Shown piece after piece: positions 1 to 8,920 of a stretch of DNA of 64,000 bases (position 1 is its first letter; every line of letters starts with the position of its first letter). A program made the translations under genes and the position numbers. Below the pieces are notes generated by a model that saw only the letters and a list, made by a program, of their open reading frames with translations, did not search any database and had not been told where the DNA came from. The DNA comes from Candidatus Poribacteria bacterium. GTDB taxonomy: Bacteria > Poribacteria > WGA-4E > WGA-3G. The stretch lies in assembly GCA_965215265.1 (NCBI GenBank), contig OZ244048.1:1728001-1792000 (forward strand), in the 5' to 3' direction.

Positions 1-1179
1 GCACCGTCTGGACAAGCTATCTGGTCGGATATGGGTGTGCGTTCTGCGCGTGCGGTTGTGAATTTATCGGCGAAAGGGCTGACGATGAGAGATATCGTAA
101 CGTCTGAGTCGATCAGGAATGCGATGGTGGTTCATGCTGCGTTTGGTGGTTCGACGAATCTGTTGTTACACATCCCGGCAATAGCGCATGCAGCAGGGTT
201 ACGCCGTCCGACGGTGGATGATTGGCGTGAAGTTAACAGCGAGGTGCCGCGGCTTGTAGATGTGCTGCCGAACGGGCCGGTTGGGCATCCGACGGTAAGG
301 GTGTTCCTGGCTGGTGGTGTGCCGGAAGTGATGCTGCATCTGCGTGAATTAGGCTGCCTGAACGAAGATGTGCTAACGGCGACCGGCGAGCCCCTGCGTC
401 ACAATCTGGATTGGTGGGAGACCTCAGAGAGGCGTGCGCGAGTTAGGGAGCTGTTGATGGTACGGGATGGGGTTAAAGCGGATACGGTGATTCTGAGTCC
501 TGATGCGGCGTCTGCGGCCGGGTTGACGAGTACGGTAACCTTTCCGCGTGGGAATCTTGCTCCGGAGGGTTCAGTTATCAAGAGTACGGCAATAGATGGG
601 AGTGTTATCGATTCAGATGGTGTTTATCGTATGACGGGTCCGGCGCGTGTTTTCGTGCGTGAATCGGATGCCATCCAAGCGCTAAAACGGAGCGGTGAGG
701 GTAGCATCAAGCCGGGTGACGTTATGGTTCTATGTTGTCGGGGGCCGCTGGGTACGGGGATGGAGGAGGTTTATCAAGTCACGGCTGCGCTAAAACATCT
801 TTCGTTTGGTAAGGAGATAGCGCTGATAACGGATGCTCGGTTTTCAGGGGTTTCGACGGGTGCATGTATAGGTCACGTTGGTCCGGAGGCGCTTGCTGGC
901 GGTCCGATAGGGAAGGTGGTTGATGGTGACATTATCCGGATTGAGATTGATACGCGTCGGCTAGAGGGCAGCATCGATTTGGTGGGGCATAATGATGAGC
1001 GTTTTGGTTCGGTTGCTGGTGCTAATATTCTGTCAGAACGTGGGTTGCGTGCTGACCTGGAGCCGGATGTTGCGCTGCCTGATGATACGCGTTTGTGGGC
1101 GGCGCTGCAAGCGGTAGGGGGTGGCACGTGGGGTGGCTGTGTTTACGATGTAGACGCTATCATCACTGCGCTGGCTTAG
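1..1179 (+). CDS. IlvD/Edd-family dehydratase (YjhG/YagF xylonate dehydratase-like), 5' part outside window
   Basis: Motifs [43 protein letters not shown]; frame is open from base 1. Confidence 0.9.
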   Translation, partial: APSGQAIWSDMGVRSARAVVNLSAKGLTMRDIVTSESIRNAMVVHAAFGGSTNLLLHIPAIAHAAGLRRPTVDDWREVNSEVPRLVDVLPNGPVGHPTVRVFLAGGVPEVMLHLRELGCLNEDVLTATGEPLRHNLDWWETSERRARVRELLMVRDGVKADTVILSPDAASAAGLTSTVTFPRGNLAPEGSVIKSTAIDGSVIDSDGVYRMTGPARVFVRESDAIQALKRSGEGSIKPGDVMVLCCRGPLGTGMEEVYQVTAALKHLSFGKEIALITDARFSGVSTGACIGHVGPEALAGGPIGKVVDGDIIRIEIDTRRLEGSIDLVGHNDERFGSVAGANILSERGLRADLEPDVALPDDTRLWAALQAVGGGTWGGCVYDVDAIITALA

Positions 1180-2156
1180 ATTGAAGATGGCACACCCACC
1201 CGCCCAACGCCTAATTGAGCTGTGTTTACGATGTAGACGCTATCATCAAGGCACTGGCTTAGATTGAAGATGGCATACCCATCCAACTCCCGTCAGTGTT
1301 GTATTATTGGTAGCGGCAGCTGGCGTGCTATAGATGGTGCGCACCCGCCCAACGCCTAGTTGAGTAGACGCTATCATCACTGCGCCGTCTTAGATTACGG
1401 AATGTTAGGTCGCATCTATGCCAAACCTCTATAATAGAAAAAGGATAAGCAGATATTGGGTGCCCGTTGTGCTGTATATGGGCTTGATTTTCGCGGTTTC
1501 GTCGTTGGAGCAACCGCCTTTACCGGTGCCTGAATTCGAGTGGGTGACGATTGACAAGTTGTACCATTTCGTTGAGTACGCGATACTTGGCGGGTTGCTG
1601 GCGATGGCGTTTGTGAATGCGTCGCCGAGGCGATTGCCGAAGCAGTGGAGATGGGGTGCCGCGGTGGTTATCTCAATACTTTATGGTGCGAGCGACGAAT
1701 GGCACCAGACCTTCGTTCCTGGTAGACTTGCGACCGTGGCGGATTGGGTGGCTGATGCGTTGGGTGCAATTGTGGGGGTGTTAGGTATGTATCTCTATTA
1801 TCGGAAACGGGACGTGAGTGATGAGGGACGCTAACCGCATGGCGAACTATAGATGGAGCCCGCCCACCCCATTCCTGTTAGGTATGTATGTCTATTATCG
1901 GAATTGTATTATTGGCAGCGGCGGCTGGCGTGCTATAGATGGAGCCCGCCCACCCCATTCCTGTATGGGGGTCTGCCCAATTCCTAGTTGAGCGGTTGGT
2001 CTCTAGTTGAAACAGATTGCTGCAAACGGTCAAAATGTGTTATAATGTGTGTCGGAGGAGATGGTGCCCACCGGACCAACTCCTGTGAGTGTTGTATTAT
2101 TGGCGGCGGCGGCTGGCGCGCTATAGATGGTGCGCACCCGCCCAACTCCTAGTTGA
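1136..2156 (+). repeat. Mosaic intergenic repeat cluster: ~96-bp element at 1268-1363 and 2059-2156, partial copies at 1186-1219, 1840-1878 and 1904-1964, plus duplicated gene 3' ends
   Basis: Shared core TTGTATTATTGG.AGCGGC.GCTGGCG.GCTATAGATGG...CCCGCCCA..CCT read directly from the sequence. Confidence 0.85.
1418..1834 (+). CDS. VanZ family membrane protein
   Basis: DKLYHFVEYAILG and YGASDEWHQTFVPGR..DWVAD motifs; hydrophobic segments. Confidence 0.88.
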   Translation: MPNLYNRKRISRYWVPVVLYMGLIFAVSSLEQPPLPVPEFEWVTIDKLYHFVEYAILGGLLAMAFVNASPRRLPKQWRWGAAVVISILYGASDEWHQTFVPGRLATVADWVADALGAIVGVLGMYLYYRKRDVSDEGR

Positions 2157-2167
2157 AAGGAATTAAG

Positions 2168-2962
2168 ATGCATCCATTTGTCGAGTTAAGCGTGCCGGAA
2201 GGTTCTATTGCCGTTCATTGGTTTGAACAGAGTAGTTACGCTTTGAAAGATAGTGCTGGTACGGTTGTCCAAATTGACCCGTATTTTCCACGTGAACGTC
2301 CTGCGGAGCGTTTTATTCATACGGAATCGCCGCTGAATGAATCTGAATTACCGACGGATTTTGTGCTGTTGACACATGCGCACGGCGACCACACCTGCTC
2401 GGAATCTATCCGTAGGATTTGGGAGACCTCTTCTGCGACGCGATTTATTGGGCCGTATGAGAGCACTGCCCAAATTTTGGCAGAGACGGGAGTTGCGGGA
2501 GCGAACGTATCGACGATAAGTGCGGGGGAATCAGTGGTGTTAACTGAGAGGTTGACGGTGCACGCGGTTTACGCAAAGCCGCGTGAGGGGGATGCAGCAG
2601 CAGGGATTGGGCCTCCGGATGTGACGCATTTGGGTTATGTAGTCGATGCTGGTGTGAAGTTTTACTTCAGCGGGGATCCGATTAATAATTTTTCGGAACA
2701 TGATTCGCTGATTTCAGCGGTGGCATTGCATGAGCCGGATGTAGGTTTTATGACGAGCCATCCAGCGGAGGGTGAGTTTCCGTTCTACGATGGTTGCGTG
2801 AAAATGGCGCAGCGTATCGGTTTGAAACATGTTGTTCCGGCGCATCGTGGCTGTTTTGTTAGTCGTGATTACGATGCGGGGGAATGGGCGTCGCAGTTTC
2901 CGTGCGATGGTCCGAGCCCGCTAATTATTGAGAGAAATTCACATATTGTTTACACGAATTGA
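2168..2962 (+). CDS. MBL-fold metallo-hydrolase (UlaG-like)
   Basis: THAHGDH metal motif, IDPYF, FYFSGD; ATG at 2168 follows AAAGGA. Confidence 0.8.
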   Translation: MHPFVELSVPEGSIAVHWFEQSSYALKDSAGTVVQIDPYFPRERPAERFIHTESPLNESELPTDFVLLTHAHGDHTCSESIRRIWETSSATRFIGPYESTAQILAETGVAGANVSTISAGESVVLTERLTVHAVYAKPREGDAAAGIGPPDVTHLGYVVDAGVKFYFSGDPINNFSEHDSLISAVALHEPDVGFMTSHPAEGEFPFYDGCVKMAQRIGLKHVVPAHRGCFVSRDYDAGEWASQFPCDGPSPLIIERNSHIVYTN

Positions 2963-2977
2963 GGTATAGATAGAGAG

Positions 2978-3505
2978 ATGTTGCTTCAAGAATCAGACAA
3001 AAAATTAGTCGGTATCGTGATGGGGAGCGATTCGGATTTGGAAAAGATGGCAGAGGCTGCTAAGGTCTTAGAGGAATTTGAGGTTCCGTTTGAGATAACG
3101 ATTTCGTCTGCGCATCGTTCGCCGTATAGGACTCTTGCTTGGGCAGAAAAGATTAAAATGATGGGTGGTGAAGTCATCATAGCGGGTGCTGGGCGTGCGG
3201 CGCATCTGGCGGGTGTTATTGCTGCGCATACAACGCTTCCGGTGATTGGTGTGCCGATTGATGGTGGTCCGCTGAATGGTGTTGATGCGCTTTACGCGAC
3301 GGTGCAGATGCCGCCGGGGGTTCCGGTCGGGACGATGGCAATCGGCTCAGGCGGTGCACGAAATGCGGGGCTGTTTGCGGTGCAAATCTTGGCCCGCAAG
3401 TTCCCTGAGCTTGATGAGAAGTTATTGGCCTACAAAAAGAAATTGAGTGAGGGTGTTTCGGAGAAAGCGCTACAATTATCAAAGGTAGGCTACCAGAATT
3501 ATTGA
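2978..3505 (+). CDS. purE: N5-CAIR mutase
   Basis: VGIVMGSDSD, SAHRSP, AGAGRAAHLAG, VQMPPGVPV. Confidence 0.97.
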   Translation: MLLQESDKKLVGIVMGSDSDLEKMAEAAKVLEEFEVPFEITISSAHRSPYRTLAWAEKIKMMGGEVIIAGAGRAAHLAGVIAAHTTLPVIGVPIDGGPLNGVDALYATVQMPPGVPVGTMAIGSGGARNAGLFAVQILARKFPELDEKLLAYKKKLSEGVSEKALQLSKVGYQNY

Positions 3506-3517
3506 GGAACTGTCGGT

Positions 3518-4189
3518 ATGGAAGTTAGCGAGTGCAGCGATACAGCTTTGTTTGATATGATGGAAGAAGAGCTGTACAGTGCGGTGATTTCGGATGCGCT
3601 TGATGGGTTTGGGTATCGTGGGCAAGTGCTCAAACATACTATTAGAGCGTTGCGTTCGGACACAGTAATTGCGGGACGTGCGGTGCCGGTTCTGTGTGCA
3701 GATGTGTATGAGGTATCTGATAACCCTTATGAGCGTGAGATTGAGGCGGTAGATAGTCTATCGCGTGACGATGTGGTGGTGTGTTCGACTCACGAGAGTG
3801 TACGTACCTGTTTTTGGGGTGAGTTGCTTTCAACTGCGGCGCGTGCACGTGGTGCACGTGGTGCAGTGATTGAAGGGTTCATCCGTGATGCGCGTCAGAT
3901 TATGGAGATGGAGTTTCCGGTGTTTACAACCGGGCTCTCGCCGGTGGATTCTAACGGGCGCGGTGAAGTCATCGCCTATAACGTTCCGATTGTGTGCGGT
4001 GGTGTGCCGGTGAATGTTGGGGATATCGTTTTCGGTGATATTGATGGGATTGTTGTGATTCCGCAATTTGTGGAAACGGACGTAATTGCTGCGGCGGTAG
4101 AGAAGGTGAGGGGTGAGAATCGGACTCGCGACGCGCTTCGGGCGGGTGCGACGCTCCGGGAAGTTTATGATAAATATGGGATTTTGTAA
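3518..4189 (+). CDS. RraA / HMG-CHA aldolase family protein
   Basis: ISDALD, WGELLSTAARARGARGAVIEGFIRD, GDIVFGDIDGIVVIP. Confidence 0.88.
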   Translation: MEVSECSDTALFDMMEEELYSAVISDALDGFGYRGQVLKHTIRALRSDTVIAGRAVPVLCADVYEVSDNPYEREIEAVDSLSRDDVVVCSTHESVRTCFWGELLSTAARARGARGAVIEGFIRDARQIMEMEFPVFTTGLSPVDSNGRGEVIAYNVPIVCGGVPVNVGDIVFGDIDGIVVIPQFVETDVIAAAVEKVRGENRTRDALRAGATLREVYDKYGIL

Positions 4190-4242
4190 GGGTGCTTGCC
4201 CGCTGCAGTCGTGAGGTTTGATGGCTTCTGTAAGGAGGAAAT

Positions 4243-4572
4243 ATGATTTATGAATTGCGTACTTATCAAGTTGTGCCGGGGAAGATGCAAAACCTGAACG
4301 CCCGGTTTGCTAAGATAACGTTGCCGCTGTTTGAAAAGCACAAGATGAAGGTAATTGGTTTTTGGGAGACAGCAATAGGGGAGGCGACGACAACGGAGCT
4401 GGTCTACCTGCTTGCGTTTGAGGATTTAGGGCATTATGAACGTGCGTGGGCTGCTTTTATCGCGGATGCGGAGTGGCAGTCGGCGAAAAGGTTGACAGAA
4501 GTAGGCGGTCCGTTGGTCAATGTGGTGGGTTCTAAGATTCTGGAACCGACGGATTATTCGCCTTTGCAGTGA
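4243..4572 (+). CDS. NIPSNAP family protein
   Basis: IYELRTY..PGK start, FIADAEW, LEPTDYSPLQ end; strong AAGGAGG RBS. Confidence 0.9.
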   Translation: MIYELRTYQVVPGKMQNLNARFAKITLPLFEKHKMKVIGFWETAIGEATTTELVYLLAFEDLGHYERAWAAFIADAEWQSAKRLTEVGGPLVNVVGSKILEPTDYSPLQ

Positions 4573-4901
4573 AATTGCCTGTTCCGAAAATAGATATGAG
4601 TGGATTATGACGCACTTTTATTTTTTGGTAAACTATGGTGGATTCTGTTTCTTGCGTCCAGCAGATGCCGCTTTGGGGCTGACTGAGAGGGTTCCTCATA
4701 CAGACGGCCCGTCATCGTGGCTACCGTCAACTTAAGTGAGTTTTCGAGACTCTTCGTTTTCATCCTATCGCGATGTCTCGCGATTTCTAGCACCTTCAGA
4801 GAGATTATACCTAAATGCAGTGTGCGCTGTTTATAGAAACGACGGAGAGTGCAGGGTGTATGTTACACGGTGTCCCGTTATCTGCACAGCATCAGCAGAA
4901 G

Positions 4902-4940
4902 AAAAAAAAACAGGGACCGCTCTGGAGAGGAGCGGCCCCT
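4902..4940 (-). terminator. Intrinsic terminator downstream of nuclease gene 5027-6121
   Basis: Stem AGGGACCGCTC/GAGCGGCCCCT with A9 run (U-tract on the - strand). Confidence 0.75.
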
Positions 4941-5002
4941 TGCGTGTTATCCACCGTTCGATAAGTTTACCGTCCGGGCTCAGATGCCCTTGCCGCGTGC
5001 GT
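4939..5002 (-). pseudogene. Orphan fragment of a surface-protein 3' end
   Basis: Translates as TRQGHLSPDGKLIERWITRK; compare TRLKGHLSADGKLTERWATLK at the end of CDS 29126-31828. Confidence 0.75.
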
Positions 5003-5026
5003 GTATCAAGGGGCGGTGGCTCTCTG

Positions 5027-6121
5027 TTACGTGTTGTTGTCGTTTTCTGCTGCCTGCAGCTGGCGGATAAGTTCTGCCCGCACCTCCGGAGATAAATTCC
5101 GAATCTCCTCCGGGCGAAGTCCGGCTATCCGCTCATCCGGACTCAGACGTGCTAACATATCCGCGCGTTCTGCAGCAGGTAACCTTGCTAACATGTTCGC
5201 CCGGTCTTCAGCAGGCATCACATCTAAGAAAGCCGCCCGGTCTTCAGCAGGTATCACATCTAAGAAAGCCGCCCGGTCTTCAGCAGGTATCACATCTAAG
5301 AAAGCCGCCCGGTCTTCAGCAGGTATCACATCTAAGAAAGCCGCCCGGTCTTCAGCAGGCATCGCATTCAACAGAGCCAGCATATCCGACAAGCTCATCA
5401 CCGACAGCAGCTTCGGACCCAAAGTCGTCGCCACTTCGCGAAGACGACTCTGAAATAAATCTCGATGTCCTTCCATTTCACAAATCTCCTCCGTGACCGC
5501 CGGCTGCAAATACAACGCGAGGTCAAAATATAACGTATTCTCTTCTGTTATCACCCGCCGCAGGAACGCACGAAACTGTTTCCGCGACGACGCAAACAGC
5601 AGCAACCAATAATTCGGTTCAACCCGCTCCACTTCATTACAAACCAATAGATGCACCGGCAGACCATCCCGATGGTGATAATGTCCCGGGGCGAGCTGCT
5701 GCCACGGCAACCCGAAAGGCGGATGTGTCAGCAGCACCCGCGGCTTCCGAGAAGACACTATCGTCAAGGTAACCTCCGTGTCTGGCACCTTATGTTCTGC
5801 GAGATAGCCGTACGCACGCATACAAATCCGGTGATACTCCGAGCCATTCAACGGGTCGTTCTGCCCTTTGAATTCGAACAGATTATACGTGCGTAAGTAA
5901 GAGAGCAGCGGGTTCGCACGCATTCTCGTGCGTGCCGCCGCGCTTTCGAGGATAGCGAGTGCATCTATACGCTGCGGCAACCGGTTCACTTCTATCTCTG
6001 TCTGGATAGAGGCACCGGGTCCAGAGAAGGGCAGCGCGAGGAATTCTTTGAAGAAAGGGTCCCAGAGTTTCCGCTTGCTTTGTGTTTCTTTAGATGTATC
6101 CGGCGCTGTCGTTTGCCTCAT
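5027..6121 (-). CDS. PD-(D/E)XK nuclease-family (Rpn-like) protein, type A, with 12-aa C-terminal repeats
   Basis: QTEIEV..LPQRID...NLFEFKG..D catalytic pattern; 36-bp tandem repeats (PAEDRAAFLDVI); near-identical paralog at 27684-28931. Confidence 0.8.
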   Translation of the reverse strand: MRQTTAPDTSKETQSKRKLWDPFFKEFLALPFSGPGASIQTEIEVNRLPQRIDALAILESAAARTRMRANPLLSYLRTYNLFEFKGQNDPLNGSEYHRICMRAYGYLAEHKVPDTEVTLTIVSSRKPRVLLTHPPFGLPWQQLAPGHYHHRDGLPVHLLVCNEVERVEPNYWLLLFASSRKQFRAFLRRVITEENTLYFDLALYLQPAVTEEICEMEGHRDLFQSRLREVATTLGPKLLSVMSLSDMLALLNAMPAEDRAAFLDVIPAEDRAAFLDVIPAEDRAAFLDVIPAEDRAAFLDVMPAEDRANMLARLPAAERADMLARLSPDERIAGLRPEEIRNLSPEVRAELIRQLQAAENDNNT

Positions 6122-6154
6122 CTATCTCCTTAGGCGCTTAACTCCTTATCATAA

Positions 6155-6184
6155 AGTATAGCAGCCTCTCTGCTTTTTTGTCAA
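6155..6184 (-). promoter_or_regulatory. Sigma70-type promoter shared by the nuclease genes (copies at 7643-7672, 27437-27466, 28965-28994)
   Basis: TTGACA-18 nt-TATACT with TG extension, nearly identical in four places. Confidence 0.75.
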
Positions 6185-6299
6185 GGCTTTTTTTTGCAGC
6201 TCCAGTGCGAAAACGGAGCCTGTTTTGACTCGTACCGTGGCATCAGATTTGCAATAACATAAACCGGTATAGTCCGGACATATACAAATTCTTCGTCTG

Positions 6300-6452
6300 T
6301 TTCAGCCCGGCACCGGCAGATTTAATAAACAACCTCGCACAAATCTCGCCAGAGATATTTTCTGTTTAGCATTCAAAACAGAGATAGGCTCCGGCGAGAT
6401 TTATACCAGAATTATCAACAGATCAGGCGTTGCTGGGCTGAAATATACAAAA
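6300..6452. repeat. Long palindromic REP/MITE-like element; relatives at 38420-38586, 55016-55094, 57365-57432
   Basis: Nested inverted repeats TTTCAGCCC/GGGCTGAAA and AAATCTCGCCAGAG/CTCCGGCGAGATTT; shared end GAAATATACAAAA. Confidence 0.75.
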
Positions 6453-6482
6453 AGGGGCAGCGACGTGAAGGTTGCCGCCCCT
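6449..6482 (-). terminator. Intrinsic terminator downstream of nuclease gene 6615-7607
   Basis: Stem AGGGGCAGCGAC/GTTGCCGCCCCT plus A-run; homologous to hairpins at 27527-27560 and 29060-29091. Confidence 0.75.
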
Positions 6483-6514
6483 GGTGAGGTAAGTTAGACT
6501 AAATCTCAGCGGGT

Positions 6515-6592
6515 TTACTCTTCCCATTTGAGCGTTGCCCACCGTTCAGCGAGTTTTCCGTCCGCACTCAGATGTCCTTTACACGTGCGTGT
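6515..6592 (-). pseudogene. Orphan fragment of a surface-protein 3' end
   Basis: Translates as TRTCKGHLSADGKLAERWATLKWEE*. Confidence 0.8.
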
Positions 6593-6614
6593 ATCAAGGG
6601 ACGGTGGCTCTCCG

Positions 6615-7607
6615 TTACGTATTGTTGTCGTTGTCAGCTGCCTCCAGTTGGCGGATAAGTTCTGCCCGCACCTCTGGAGATAAATGAAGTCCGGCTAGCC
6701 GCTCATCGGGAGTGAGTCCTTTGACACGCTCATCGGGACTCAGACTTGCTAACATATCGGCGCGTTCTTCGGCACTGAGCCCTTTCATCCGTTCGGCAGG
6801 CGGAATTCTCTCTAGAATCTCGGCCCCGAACGTGTCTGCTAACGCTTGCATTTCAGTAGTGAGTCCTTTCATCCGTTCGGCAGGCGGAATTCTCTCTAGA
6901 ATCTCGCTCCCGAACGTGTCTGCTAATGCTTGCATTTCAGTTTCATAAAAGTTCTGTTTCTTTCCCATTTGTAAAATCTCCATTGATGTTCGAGGGTGGA
7001 CCTGCGACGCATATCTAAAATAGCGCTCATTTTCTTCTGCAACTAGCTGCCTCACAAACGCACGGAATCCCGCAGCCGATGCGGTAAAAGGCAGCAACAA
7101 ATAATTCTCTCGCACCAGTTCCAGCTCGTTGCACACTAACAGATGCACTGGAAACACCTCCGTTATCTGGTAGTGTCCCGGCTTGACGTGCTCCCATTGT
7201 CCCTTGTAATAGGGCCGTGAGAGCAGGGCGCGGGGGTAGCGGGCGGAGACAATCGTCAAGGTGAGTGCCTGCTTTGAAAGCCTGTTATCAGCCAGATAAA
7301 GACAAGCGCGCGCCTGGATGCGGTAATAGTCGCTCTCTGTCAAAGCGTCGGCTTGACTTTTGAACTCTATGAGATTATGCATTCGGAAATAGCGGAAAAT
7401 CGGCTCCTCGGCGAGGAGGTTTGCCCGGTCAGCGGCGTTTCGCAAAATCACGCCGATGTCTATCGTGAGGGACAAGTAGCTGACGGCGAGTTCTGCCTGT
7501 ATCGGGATGCCGAGTCTCTCCCCCAGCTGCGCGTTGAGATTCTGTTTGAAGTGTGCGTCATAAGCCGCCCGGACGCTGCGCGGTTTTTCATCGTCTGTTC
7601 TGGGCAT
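6615..7607 (-). CDS. PD-(D/E)XK nuclease-family (Rpn-like) protein, type B
   Basis: QAELAV..L.LTID...NLIEFKSQAD; 84-bp internal duplication (TEMQALADTFG.EILERIPPAERMKGL x2); paralog at 34789-35796. Confidence 0.8.
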   Translation of the reverse strand: MPRTDDEKPRSVRAAYDAHFKQNLNAQLGERLGIPIQAELAVSYLSLTIDIGVILRNAADRANLLAEEPIFRYFRMHNLIEFKSQADALTESDYYRIQARACLYLADNRLSKQALTLTIVSARYPRALLSRPYYKGQWEHVKPGHYQITEVFPVHLLVCNELELVRENYLLLPFTASAAGFRAFVRQLVAEENERYFRYASQVHPRTSMEILQMGKKQNFYETEMQALADTFGSEILERIPPAERMKGLTTEMQALADTFGAEILERIPPAERMKGLSAEERADMLASLSPDERVKGLTPDERLAGLHLSPEVRAELIRQLEAADNDNNT

Positions 7608-7871
7608 AACTTCTCCCTCGTGCGTCTCTTTACTTCTTCTATAGTATAGCAGCCTTTCTGCTTTTTTGTCAAGGCTTTTTTTCCCTCACTTACCCTCCAT
7701 TTTTTTTGAGAGTCGTCTGTGTGTGATATCGTTAGGTTTGTGTGTGAGAAATGAGAATGCGGGCGTGCTCTTAAACTTGATTGTATTCAGCGTGTGTGTT
7801 AGAATCTTTTTATTCAGATAGCAGAAGTGCTTGAAACAGATCACAAGAGATAAAAGAGGAGTAAATAAAAG

Positions 7872-8915
7872 ATGCTGGAACTACATATCCCAGAATATGT
7901 TGTATTTGCCGTGGTTAGTGGTTTTGCGTTAGTCTCGGTGCTGGTTGCGCAAGCCGAAGCGAACAGGTCTTCAAGCAGTGAAGCGTTGCTTGCCCCGGGT
8001 GCCGAACTTGAGGCAGTGTTTAGCGACGCACATTTCACAGAGGGGGCGGCAGTCGCCCCAGACGGTACAGTCTATTTCAGCGACATTACGTTCACGGATC
8101 AGGCGGATATGCAGGCCGGCCATATCTGGAGACACGATGCGGAGACAGGCGAGACGACAGTTTTTCGTTCGCCGAGCGGGATGTCCAACGGCATGAAGTT
8201 TGACGCAGAGGGCCGTCTTGTTGTAGCAGAGGGTGCGGATTTCGGAGGTCGCCGCGTCATTCGGACAGATATGAAGAGCGGCAAAAGTGAAATCATCGCC
8301 GGTTTATATGAAGGGAGACCTTTCAATTCGCCTAATGATCTGACGATTGATGCACAGGGGCGCGTCTATTTTACAGATCCGCGCTATGCAGGGCACGAGC
8401 CCGTCGAACAGCCGATTATGGGTGTCTATCGTATCGATACTGACGGCTCTGTGCGTCTCATCGTTACAGATGCTGGAAAACCGAACGGCATCGCGGTTTC
8501 ACCGGATCAGCGTACTCTTTACGTGGTTTGCCACGACAACGGCGCGATGGGGAATCTGCCTGATGGCATGACACCGAACAGAGGACGGATGGCACTGCTC
8601 GCATACGATTTGTCGCCCGAAGGTACTGCTACCTTCCGCGAAACCGTGGTTGATTATGCACCACAGGATGGACCCGACGGTATGGTTGTTGATTCAGACG
8701 GGAATCTCTACGTCGCTGTACGCGATCAGAACCGGCCGGGGGTTTACATCTACTCGCCTGATGGTAAAGAATTGGCCTATATCCGGACTCCTGCCTTGCC
8801 GACTAATGTGGCGTTTGGTCGTGGTAAATCACGCGGGGCGCTATATATCACAGCCGGACATAGCCTCTATCGGATTGGAGTGACGACAGAGGGATATCAG
8901 CTGCCAGCGAGATAG
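7872..8915 (+). CDS. SMP-30/gluconolactonase/LRE family protein, probably secreted
   Basis: FTEG, NSPNDL, YFTDP, PNGIAVSPD, GPDGMVVD; N-terminal hydrophobic segment. Confidence 0.92.
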   Translation: MLELHIPEYVVFAVVSGFALVSVLVAQAEANRSSSSEALLAPGAELEAVFSDAHFTEGAAVAPDGTVYFSDITFTDQADMQAGHIWRHDAETGETTVFRSPSGMSNGMKFDAEGRLVVAEGADFGGRRVIRTDMKSGKSEIIAGLYEGRPFNSPNDLTIDAQGRVYFTDPRYAGHEPVEQPIMGVYRIDTDGSVRLIVTDAGKPNGIAVSPDQRTLYVVCHDNGAMGNLPDGMTPNRGRMALLAYDLSPEGTATFRETVVDYAPQDGPDGMVVDSDGNLYVAVRDQNRPGVYIYSPDGKELAYIRTPALPTNVAFGRGKSRGALYITAGHSLYRIGVTTEGYQLPAR

Positions 8916-8920
8916 CAGCC

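Noticed and set aside
1136-2156. CRISPR array or integron attC array
   Set aside because: The repeats are degenerate and irregularly spaced, the intervening pieces are local gene ends, and no cas gene, integrase or clear attC palindrome is visible.
5001-5496. Repetitive + strand ORFs (also 27790-28306)
   Set aside because: They are antisense shadows of the tandem repeats in the nuclease tails.
5027-7607. Calling the nuclease genes IS transposases
   Set aside because: No DDE or HUH motifs, terminal inverted repeats or short target-site duplications; mobility is only inferred.
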